Below, piece by piece: positions 36,956 through 44,503 of a DNA stretch of 55,863 nucleotides. Both the position numbers and the translations under genes were made by a program. The DNA lies in assembly GCA_002687735.1 (NCBI GenBank), contig NZBD01000016.1:1-55863 (forward strand). The letters run 5' to 3'. The notes under the pieces are model-generated. The model ran no database searches. It saw only the letters and a list, made by a program, of their open reading frames with translations, and was not told the DNA's origin. This stretch comes from Candidatus Iainarchaeum sp. GTDB taxonomy: Archaea > Iainarchaeota > Iainarchaeia > Iainarchaeales > Iainarchaeaceae. Position 1 is the first letter of the stretch; each line of letters begins with the position of its first letter.

Positions 36956-38155
36956 ATGAAAAAAGTTGAACCTGCAAAAGCAACAGAAAATGTAAGGCAC
37001 GCAATCAGAGATTTGGTTCCGATAGCGGAAGAAGTTGATGCTTCAGGAAAAGAAATCACATACCTTAACATAGGCGATCCGATTGTTTATGATTTCAGAA
37101 CTCCTGAACATTTATGGGAAGCAATTAATTCCGACCGCAGAAAATGTGAAGGTTATGCAAACGCAATCGGCAGCCATGATACAAGACAGGCAGTAGCTGA
37201 TTACGCAAACAGAATGGGTGCAAAAAACATTTCAAATAAAGACGCAATAATTTTTGTGGGCGGTTCTGAAGCAATAATACTTTCCCTTCAAGCTTTAATG
37301 AATCCCGGAGAAAATATTCTTGTACCAAGGCCAGGTTATTCAGTTTACAATGGCGAACTTAATTATTTGGGTTGTGAACACAACGAATATGACCTAGATG
37401 AAGAAAATGAATGGCAGATAGATATTGAAACAATGAGAAAAAGCATAAATGAAAAAACAAAAGGTATTGTAATAATTAACCCTAACAATCCAACAGGTTC
37501 GGTTCTAACAAGAAAAAATCTCAAAGAAACAATTGACCTTGCAGGAGAATTTGACTTACCTATTTTCTCAGATGAAACTTATGATCAGATAATTTATGAT
37601 GATGCTGAATTTGTTTCTGCAGCCTCACTTTCAAATGACATTCCAATAATAAGTCTCGGAAGCATTTCCAAAACACATTTGGCTCCAGGTTTCAGAGGAG
37701 GCTGGTTGTATAAACAAGATCCTAACGGAGCATTGGATGATTACTTTGCAGCAATACAAAAATTATGCAGATTAAGGCTTACTAATGTAGCCCCTACTCA
37801 AGCCGCAATTAAAGCAGCACTTAATGGCCCGCAAGACGGGGTTAAGGAAATGGTAAAAAAATTACAACCACGAAGAGATCTCACTTATAAAAGACTTAAT
37901 GAAATTGAAGGTTTAAGCTGTGACAAACCCAAAGGAGCTTTTTATGCTTTCCCAAAAATAGATTTACCGGTTAAGTCAGATAAGGAATTTGTGCTTTCAC
38001 TTCTCAGAGAAAAAGGAGTTCTTGTAGTATATGGTTCTGGCTTTGGTCAAAAAGAAGGAACTAATCATTTTAGAATAGTGTTCTTACCTCCAGAAGAAAC
38101 ACTAAACACGGCTTTTGATAAGATAGAAGAGTTCATTAAGGAAAATTATTCATAA
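36956..38155 (+). CDS. class I/II PLP-dependent aminotransferase (alanine/aspartate aminotransferase-like)
   Basis: NPNNPTG and the PLP-lysine region SISKTHLAPGFRGGW. Length 399 aa. Confidence 0.88.
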   Translation: MKKVEPAKATENVRHAIRDLVPIAEEVDASGKEITYLNIGDPIVYDFRTPEHLWEAINSDRRKCEGYANAIGSHDTRQAVADYANRMGAKNISNKDAIIFVGGSEAIILSLQALMNPGENILVPRPGYSVYNGELNYLGCEHNEYDLDEENEWQIDIETMRKSINEKTKGIVIINPNNPTGSVLTRKNLKETIDLAGEFDLPIFSDETYDQIIYDDAEFVSAASLSNDIPIISLGSISKTHLAPGFRGGWLYKQDPNGALDDYFAAIQKLCRLRLTNVAPTQAAIKAALNGPQDGVKEMVKKLQPRRDLTYKRLNEIEGLSCDKPKGAFYAFPKIDLPVKSDKEFVLSLLREKGVLVVYGSGFGQKEGTNHFRIVFLPPEETLNTAFDKIEEFIKENYS

Positions 38156-38214
38156 AAATTTTTAGAAAAAAAACTGAGAAAAAGTATTTAAACACTAAAG
38201 TAGTATAGTGTTAT

Positions 38215-38328
38215 TGCGTATTGGGAGTTAAGGGGGTAAGCTACACTGCGCTTGGTTTGTACTAACTTCAGAAAACAGTTTTGAAGTTGCAGATCCCTGG
38301 CTTGCCTCTTTCACATTTACTGGTTTTT
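38215..38328 (+). ncRNA. candidate structured small RNA or leader (unknown family)
   Basis: A TATA-like TATTTAAA sits at about 38185-38192. The predicted fold has a 9-bp helix GGGGTAAGC (38233-38241) / GCTTGCCTC (38300-38308, 2 G:U pairs), an inner CTGC/GCAG helix and a 10-bp hairpin at 38264-38288. It ends in GGTTTTT at 38322-38328. A second TATA-like box follows, before the protease gene. Confidence 0.3.
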
Positions 38329-38372
38329 AACATACAAGAACTATTATTAAAACTAAACAACGTAATCATACT

Positions 38373-39104
38373 ATGAATAAAATAGCTGTGCTGAGTTTGG
38401 TAATTCTCCTTGTAGCAGGAATGGTGTTAGCCCTTCCGGAACAAGCTAATCCTAAAGCAGACAAAGGCCCTATTGAAAAAATCACTTTTATCCATTACAA
38501 AAAAGGCCATGCAAAACCTCCTTGGGCAGGAGGAGGAAATGATAAAAGCAAAGTAACTTGTTATGCATTCTTATCAAAAGGTGCAAAGTGGAAAACAACT
38601 GAAAACTTTTTAATTAACCCAACTAATTCACAAGGTTTGAGCGAATCATTAATTGTAAATTCAACCAATGCAGGAATCAATGAATGGGATTCAGAAGTTA
38701 CGTTTGATGTTTTTGGAACAGGATCAGTTGATTATACTGCTTCTTATAACAACGGAGACTATGACGGCATAAACACTCTTTCATTTGGAGACATTAATAA
38801 ATTAGGAGCAATCGGAGTAACAACAGTATGGGGTTACTTTAGCGGAAAACCATCAACAAGAGAATTATTAGAATGGGACATGCTTCTTGATGAAGTTGAC
38901 TTTGACTGGGGAAACAATGATGCTAACAAAATGGATGTTCAGAACATTATTACTCACGAATTAGGACATTCAGCCGGAATGAGCGATCTTTATGAAGCCG
39001 GATGCAATGATGAAACTATGTATGGTTACTCAAACGAAGGCGAAACTTCAAAAAGAGACCTTAATTCTGGAGATATTGAAGGAATCCAGAAGCTTTACAA
39101 ATAA
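38373..39104 (+). CDS. secreted metzincin-type zinc metalloprotease (HExxHxxGxxD variant, Met-turn present)
   Basis: Signal peptide MNKIAVLSLVILLVAGMVLA. Active site HELGHSAGMSDLY, followed by ETMYGY. Confidence 0.8.
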   Translation: MNKIAVLSLVILLVAGMVLALPEQANPKADKGPIEKITFIHYKKGHAKPPWAGGGNDKSKVTCYAFLSKGAKWKTTENFLINPTNSQGLSESLIVNSTNAGINEWDSEVTFDVFGTGSVDYTASYNNGDYDGINTLSFGDINKLGAIGVTTVWGYFSGKPSTRELLEWDMLLDEVDFDWGNNDANKMDVQNIITHELGHSAGMSDLYEAGCNDETMYGYSNEGETSKRDLNSGDIEGIQKLYK

Positions 39105-39143
39105 ACGAAACATTATAATATAACTAAAAACCTAAAATTTAAG

Positions 39144-39854
39144 ATGTCTTCAAATAAAGCATTAAATAAATCAATTATAATTATCCTGCTCTTTGTATTT
39201 TCTATTATTGCATTTTATACAGGTTATAGTAAACAATCCGGAACTCTTGAACCAGACATGGTTTTTGAGGTTCTTTCATTCAGTGATTTTGCACATTCAA
39301 TTGATGAACTAAATAAAGTTGCAGCACTAGCAGGAATAGGACTTATTGCATTAGCTTTTTTATCAGGCCCACTATCCAGACTTTGGCCAAAAACATGCGC
39401 ATGGTTGCTTCCAACAAGAAAATATGTAGGAATTGGAGGATTTATTCTTGCAGCTCTTCATTCAATTTATGCGATAATTATTTTTTACGATTTAGATTTA
39501 AACCAAATACTTTTAGAAAACCCCCATGCATTAGCAATAATTTTAGGAATAATAGCCATACTAATTTTTGCATTAATAACATTTACTTCTACTAAAAAAG
39601 CAGTTAAGCAAATGGGCTATTCAAAATGGAAAACTATCCAAACAACAGGATATGTAGCTCTTTTACTTGCAGTTATTCATTTTATCCTTTTAGAAACAAA
39701 ACCTGAAATAGGCCTTAGTGTGAGACCCTATGGATTGCTTTTCCTTGCTATAGCAATTATTGCACTAGCAATGAAAGGACTAATGATTTTGATCCAAAGC
39801 CCTGAAAAGAAAAGTTATGAGGAACACATTGGCGAATCAAAGAAAAAGAAGTAG
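39144..39854 (+). CDS. polytopic membrane protein, ferric-reductase-like (YedZ/MsrQ-type) transmembrane domain suspected
   Basis: Six hydrophobic helices with conserved-looking His residues (FILAALHSIYAII, LLLAVIHFILLE). The assignment is by eye only. Confidence 0.5.
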   Translation: MSSNKALNKSIIIILLFVFSIIAFYTGYSKQSGTLEPDMVFEVLSFSDFAHSIDELNKVAALAGIGLIALAFLSGPLSRLWPKTCAWLLPTRKYVGIGGFILAALHSIYAIIIFYDLDLNQILLENPHALAIILGIIAILIFALITFTSTKKAVKQMGYSKWKTIQTTGYVALLLAVIHFILLETKPEIGLSVRPYGLLFLAIAIIALAMKGLMILIQSPEKKSYEEHIGESKKKK

Positions 39855-39944
39855 TCTCCTCAAAAAATACTGCATTATAGCTATTACTGATAAACGCTGA
39901 ACTTTTAAAGCTTCTCAGAGCTAATTTTCAGTGCCAAACTAATG

Positions 39945-39994
39945 CTTTTTCTTTTGGCAAAGCTTTTCTTTTTCACGAAAAAGAAAAGGTTTAG
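39945..39994 (+). promoter_or_regulatory. conserved tRNA-Ser upstream module, copy 1 (motif CTTTTTCTTTTGGCAAAGC plus 11-bp hairpin CTTTTCTTTTT-CACG-AAAAAGAAAAG)
   Basis: Near-identical module at 43785-43839. It abuts tRNA-Ser(GGA). Confidence 0.5.
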
Positions 39995-40078
39995 GCGGTG
40001 ATGGCAGAGTGGTCAAATGCGCACGCTTGGAAAGCGTGTTTCTTCACGGGAGCGGGGGTTCAAATCCCTCTCACCGCG
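39995..40078 (+). tRNA. tRNA-Ser (anticodon GGA), type II with long variable arm; no encoded CCA
   Basis: Hand-folded cloverleaf. Acceptor stem GCGGTGA/TCACCGC, anticodon stem CACGC/GCGTG with loop TTGGAAA, T-arm GGGGG-TTCAAAT-CCCTC. Confidence 0.9.
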
Positions 40079-40081
40079 TAT

Positions 40082-41293
40082 TTATTTTTTCTCCAACACA
40101 AACACTTTATCATTTTCCCTTACTCTTTCAGAAACTTTTATTCCTACTTTTTGGGATTTTTTAGCTCGTTTAAGTTCAGTGTGATTAATCTGCATAGAAG
40201 TTAAATCCTGTTCTAAAAACGTAGTGGCACCCTCAAAAACAATTTTATCACTAATTGAAATATTTTCAATTAGCTTTACCTCAGCCACCCCTGCTTTTGC
40301 ATAATACTTTTTTACTGTTCCAACCATAACTTTTCTTTGGGTTTGTTTGCTTCCTTGCTTATCAGTTAAATCATTTTTATCAGGCTTGCGGAGAAAAAAC
40401 CCTGTTGAAAAGCCTCTGTTGAAAACCTTTGAAAGTTCTTTGTCCCAAACAATTATTTTCTTTTTTGAAAAAGTTTTGTCAAACACAGAATCAATTGCTT
40501 CTCTATAACATTTAGTTACCGCAACAACATAATCGCTTGGCTTTGTTCTTCCTTCGATTTTTAAGGAAGAAACTCCGGAAGCAATTATTTTATCCAAAAA
40601 CTCAATTGTTTTCATATCCTTTGGGGAAAGAATTGTGTCTCCTCTAATTTCAAGTTCCTTTTTTTCAGAACCCTTATGACCGTCAAAAAAATACGCACGC
40701 CTGCAAACCTGCAGACATTCCCCCTTGTTGGCACTTTTTCCAAAAAGCTCATGGCTCATAAAGCATCTTCCAGAAACAGCAATGCACATTGCACCATGAA
40801 CAAAAATTTCTACTTCAATTCCCAGATTTTTTGCATTTTTAGTAATTTTATTTATCTGATCTAATGAAAGTTCTCTTGCTAAAACAATTCTTTCAGCACC
40901 AAGATCTTTGTATTGCTGTAATGCAATTGAATTTCCAATGCTTGCCTGAGTGCTTATGTGAGGCTCTAATTTTAGTTTTTTTACAATTGAAAGAACACCC
41001 AAATCAGAACAAATTACCGCATCGACTTTTGCTTTTTTTGCCTGTACAAGAACTTTTTCCATTTCCTTCATTTCTTCTTCAAACACAACAGTATTCAAGG
41101 CCAAATAACCTTTCACTTTATTTTCACGGAGATAACTCATTAGCTTTTTCAGTTCAGATGTTTTAAAATTGGTTCCAAGGTCACGCATATTGAAGCCTTT
41201 AACCCCAAAATAAACAGCATCAGCACCGTTCTTTACCGCAGCAATTGCACAAGAGAAGTTTGCTACACCCACCAATAATTCTGGTTTTTCCAT
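40082..41293 (-). CDS. peptidase U32 family protein
   Basis: The N-terminus PELLVGVANFSCAIAAVKNGADAVYFGVKGFNMR and overall 403 aa length match the U32 (collagenase-like / RNA hydroxylation) family. Confidence 0.85.
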   Translation of the reverse strand: MEKPELLVGVANFSCAIAAVKNGADAVYFGVKGFNMRDLGTNFKTSELKKLMSYLRENKVKGYLALNTVVFEEEMKEMEKVLVQAKKAKVDAVICSDLGVLSIVKKLKLEPHISTQASIGNSIALQQYKDLGAERIVLARELSLDQINKITKNAKNLGIEVEIFVHGAMCIAVSGRCFMSHELFGKSANKGECLQVCRRAYFFDGHKGSEKKELEIRGDTILSPKDMKTIEFLDKIIASGVSSLKIEGRTKPSDYVVAVTKCYREAIDSVFDKTFSKKKIIVWDKELSKVFNRGFSTGFFLRKPDKNDLTDKQGSKQTQRKVMVGTVKKYYAKAGVAEVKLIENISISDKIVFEGATTFLEQDLTSMQINHTELKRAKKSQKVGIKVSERVRENDKVFVLEKK

Positions 41294-41335
41294 AACTAAG
41301 AAGCGTTAGGAAAGAATTAAAAAAAGAAAAAGAGG

Positions 41336-41357
41336 TTAAATGGCATACGCCATTTAA
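41336..41357 (-). terminator. 9-bp hairpin TTAAATGGC-ATAC-GCCATTTAA overlapping the pilin-like gene stop, followed by a T-rich tract on the minus strand
   Basis: Perfect inverted repeat. On the minus strand it is followed by CCTCTTTTTCTTTTTTT. Confidence 0.5.
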
Positions 41358-41803
41358 CTGCAAATTCCAACTAATGGTTTAGATCCTGTTTGTTTAGCAG
41401 CTACCAAACCATTCTGCACAGTGTATGTTAATACAATATCATACTGATATACATCCCCTGCTGTACAGGTTACGTCTGTATCTGTGAATGTTGTCTGGCC
41501 GCCTACAGCAATATTAACATCTGCAAGACCAAGTGCTAATCCGTCAACAGAAATATCGTCAATCTGAATCTTATCAGTTGTCTGATTTCTGAGGATAAAA
41601 TCTATGTTTGTACCGTCATTGTCCCATTGGGTTATTGCTAATGGGCTTGTTGATTGCCAGTACGCTCTACTTTGCTGCTCAGTAATCTGGGTTCCTAATC
41701 CTGGGAACCAACCCATTACTCCTGCAACAACCAAAGCAACAACAATAATAACTGCCAAAATGATCAGATATTCTGTTGTTCCTTGTCCCTTTTTTTCAAT
41801 CAT
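41354..41803 (-). CDS. archaeal type IV pilin-like protein with class III signal peptide
   Basis: GAGGTG lies upstream of the ATG at 41803. The sequence MIEKKGQGTTEYLIILAVIIVVALVVAG has the KKG/Q processing-site pattern with Glu at +5. Confidence 0.7.
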   Translation of the reverse strand: MIEKKGQGTTEYLIILAVIIVVALVVAGVMGWFPGLGTQITEQQSRAYWQSTSPLAITQWDNDGTNIDFILRNQTTDKIQIDDISVDGLALGLADVNIAVGGQTTFTDTDVTCTAGDVYQYDIVLTYTVQNGLVAAKQTGSKPLVGICS

Positions 41804-41922
41804 ATTTTGTTTCACCTCACTACTCCAAAACTAATTGGGAAAACTTGTAGGATTAAGCTATTATTCCTTATAAAGGTTACTCCGTTAAAAGGCCAAAAAC
41901 TGGCCCAAAAAGGCATTTGCTA

Positions 41923-43008
41923 CTATAAAAACAACAAAAGAAGCAACCCATAATCTTGTAAAGTACCTGCAATCCCGCCATTCTCTATTGTAACTCTTCT
42001 TATTACCGCACCTGGAACATATGCATTGATATACGCTTTAGTGCCATGCTGAACAGCATGCCTAAAATGAATGTCCTCTATCCTAATTGTATCTGTTTTA
42101 TCAGATGGATTTTGAGATCTAACAATAGCATTTAGACCAATCTCAATAATTGGTTTTGCTCCTGTTCCATAAGCACCCATAAAAGTCCCGTGCGGAAGAT
42201 TAAACTTGTCACTATCAGCAATACTCCAAGAATCTCCTCTTTTCAACAGCAATTTCTGTAGTGAAGGTCCGGCAGCTATTATTTGACTCCTAGCTCCGCT
42301 AAGAGTCTGAAAAGGCTCTGCTTCAGTTCCGGGATTAGAATCATTCCCGCTATTAGCAACATAATAAACCGGCCCGCTGAAAGCATCAACAGTAATTTGA
42401 GTTGAGGTTGAAGCAGACAGTCCTATTGAATCAGTTACGGTTAATGTAACAGTATAAGTTCCATCATTATCAAAACGATGAGCAACAAGCATACCCTCAT
42501 CAGTTTGAGAATCCGCAGAACCACTATCACCAAAATCCCAAGCATACTCAACAACCTCTGCACCACCAGCAGCACTGGATTCAATTCCGGAAAACAGCAA
42601 AGTCAGAGGTGCAACCATCAGAACATCAGGATAGTAAATATCAGGGTTTGGAGGTTCTCCTGATGCAATGCACACTCCTGATGAATGGCCAAAGTCACAG
42701 CAATAACCAAAAGTTTCTTCCCCTCCATTACAAATACAGGTTTCTGTAATCGCCGCATCAATTGTACACTGAGGAATAATAATCTCCGGACAATCCCCAA
42801 AAAAAGTAGATATTAAAATTAAATCTTCTATACCAACTGTACCGCTGTTATCAACATCTGACTTTGGATCCTGGCCGCCCCAATGCTTGACAATATTAAC
42901 CAGATCAAAAATATCCACCCTATTATCCCCAGTAATATCTTCACATTCGGCTGCAAAAGCCATAGAAGAAAAGCTTAGCATAAATAACAAAAGAATTACT
43001 TTTTTCAC
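41923..43008 (-). CDS. secreted dockerin - Cys-rich linker - PKD - (short) beta-helix N-terminal segment protein
   Basis: Signal peptide MKKVILLLFMLSFSSMAFA. The dockerin duplicate is DITGDNRVDIFDLVNIV...DVDNSGTVGIEDLILIS. The PKD domain is WDFGDSGSA...HRFDNDGTYTVTLTVTDS. Then YYVANSGNDSNPGTEAEPFQTL follows, typical of the start of right-handed beta-helix domains. Confidence 0.75.
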   Translation of the reverse strand: MKKVILLLFMLSFSSMAFAAECEDITGDNRVDIFDLVNIVKHWGGQDPKSDVDNSGTVGIEDLILISTFFGDCPEIIIPQCTIDAAITETCICNGGEETFGYCCDFGHSSGVCIASGEPPNPDIYYPDVLMVAPLTLLFSGIESSAAGGAEVVEYAWDFGDSGSADSQTDEGMLVAHRFDNDGTYTVTLTVTDSIGLSASTSTQITVDAFSGPVYYVANSGNDSNPGTEAEPFQTLSGARSQIIAAGPSLQKLLLKRGDSWSIADSDKFNLPHGTFMGAYGTGAKPIIEIGLNAIVRSQNPSDKTDTIRIEDIHFRHAVQHGTKAYINAYVPGAVIRRVTIENGGIAGTLQDYGLLLLLFL

Positions 43009-43105
43009 ACATTAAAAACGCTTAAATAGTATAAAATTATATCTGATTGTTACAAATCAATACTTTAATAGAAGTATTTTAAACAGGCAATAACAACAAT
43101 TATAC

Positions 43106-43756
43106 ATGGTTAAAATAGCAGCCTCAGTTCTGAATGCTGATTTCTCAAAATGGCAGGAATGGCTTCCAAAATTAGAGGAAGCAAAAGTTGATAGAATCCA
43201 ATGGGATATAATGGATAACAAATATGTTCCGAATAATGGAGTGGATAAAAAGTGGCTGGCTGAATTGAGAAATCACACAAAAATATTTTTTGAATCACAC
43301 CACATGGTTAAAAAACCAGAAGAGCAAGTAACCGAGTTTGCAGAAATGGGAAGCAACATGTTTATTTTCCATATTGAAACAACAAGCGAACCATTAAAAC
43401 TTATTGAAAAAATTGAAGAACACGGAATGAAAGTAGGAATAGCAGTAAATAATCAAACTCCTGTTGAAAAGATTTTTCCTTATTTGGATAAAGTTGATCT
43501 TGCTTTAGTGATGACTGTGGAAGCTGGTTTTGGAGGGCAAAGTTTTGTTGAAAAAAACCTTGAAAAAGTAAAAGCACTCAGAAAAAAGATCGATTCTGAA
43601 AAACTTGATTGTAAAATAGAGGTTGATGGCGGAATTGACGCAAAAACAGGAGCATTATGCGTTGCTTCTGGAGTTGATGTACTAGTATCAGGTTCCGGTA
43701 TATTCAAACACCCAAAAGGCATTGCAGAAGCCGTAAAAGAGCTCCATAAATCCTAA
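43106..43756 (+). CDS. rpe: ribulose-phosphate 3-epimerase
   Basis: DIMDNKYVPN, HHMV and EVDGGI motifs. Length 216 aa. Confidence 0.92.
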   Translation: MVKIAASVLNADFSKWQEWLPKLEEAKVDRIQWDIMDNKYVPNNGVDKKWLAELRNHTKIFFESHHMVKKPEEQVTEFAEMGSNMFIFHIETTSEPLKLIEKIEEHGMKVGIAVNNQTPVEKIFPYLDKVDLALVMTVEAGFGGQSFVEKNLEKVKALRKKIDSEKLDCKIEVDGGIDAKTGALCVASGVDVLVSGSGIFKHPKGIAEAVKELHKS

Positions 43757-43784
43757 TGTGAGGCTTTTTAACCTTATTTGGGTT

Positions 43785-43839
43785 CTTTTTCTTTTGGTAC
43801 AGCTTTTATTTTTCTTCTCAAGAAAAAGAAAAGGTGTGA
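43785..43839 (+). promoter_or_regulatory. conserved tRNA-Ser upstream module, copy 2
   Basis: CTTTTTCTTTTGGTACAGCTTTTATTTTTCTTCTCAAGAAAAAGAAAAGGTGTGA aligns with 39945-39994. Confidence 0.5.
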
Positions 43840-43923
43840 GCGGAGATGGCGGAGTGGTCTAACGCGCCTGCCTTGAGAGCAGGTGAGCTTCGGCTCGCGG
43901 GGGTTCGAATCCCTCTCTCCGCG
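43840..43923 (+). tRNA. tRNA-Ser (anticodon TGA), type II; no encoded CCA
   Basis: Acceptor stem GCGGAGA/TCTCCGC, anticodon stem CCTGC/GCAGG with loop CTTGAGA, variable arm TGAGCTTCGGCTCGC, T-arm GGGGG-TTCGAAT-CCCTC. Confidence 0.9.
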
Positions 43924-44020
43924 TACCAGCAAGCCCGCTGGTGTAGGGCGTGCACCTTCGGTAGCACTTGCGGCTGTGTGGTACGCTAACGTCCAACCAA
44001 TTGCAAAACAATTGGTTATA
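43924..44020. ncRNA. GC-rich structured element A adjacent to tRNA-Ser(UGA); strand unresolved
   Basis: Hairpins at 43950-43967 and 43995-44017. It shares three sub-modules with element B (49559-49680), including compensatory stem changes. Confidence 0.4.
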
Positions 44021-44035
44021 AATTAAGAATTTATG

Positions 44036-44054
44036 CTTTTTCTTTTGGTACAGC
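44036..44054 (+). repeat. orphan third copy of the 19-nt tRNA-upstream motif CTTTTTCTTTTGGTACAGC (identical to 43785-43803)
   Basis: Perfect 19/19 direct repeat, 251 bp downstream of copy 2. No tRNA follows it. Confidence 0.8.
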
Positions 44055-44058
44055 AGAG

Positions 44059-44403
44059 CTATCTTCTTCTAGATCTAGGGACATTTCCAATTGCTTTTCT
44101 CGCAGCCTTGGAACGTACACTCTGTTCCTTAACGCCCTTTTTTCCAACAGTAACTATTGACCGCGCATTACGATTTTTTCTGCCTGAACGGCCAAGTCGC
44201 ATATCGCTTTTTTTTATCATTTTTCTTTCAATCAAATAATCTGCTTTTTTCCGCAATTCAGTATCAGTCATTGCAATACCATGTTCAGACAGCCAATCAG
44301 CAATCATTGGAATTGTATGAGTTTTATGCAAACGAATTATAGGTCCATAAATGGGATGCTTATCAAACTCAATATACCTTTGAGTATACACCTTCTTGAC
44401 CAT
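44059..44403 (-). CDS. hypothetical protein with compact N-terminal domain and Arg/Lys-rich tail (orphan)
   Basis: 114 aa ORF ending ...GRSGRKNRNARSIVTVGKKGVKEQSVRSKAARKAIGNVPRSRRR. Confidence 0.5.
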   Translation of the reverse strand: MVKKVYTQRYIEFDKHPIYGPIIRLHKTHTIPMIADWLSEHGIAMTDTELRKKADYLIERKMIKKSDMRLGRSGRKNRNARSIVTVGKKGVKEQSVRSKAARKAIGNVPRSRRR

Positions 44404-44503
44404 AAAATATACATAAAAAAAGTAGTATTTAATACCTGTCTAAAAAATAAAAACTCATTATTACCGCACATTTAAAATGCTTTTGGAAGCGAAATGTGAT
44501 TGT

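Noticed and set aside
39998-40204. 68-aa + strand ORF starting inside tRNA-Ser(GGA)
   Set aside because: It begins within the tRNA cloverleaf and then runs antisense through the U32 peptidase gene. It is not a gene.
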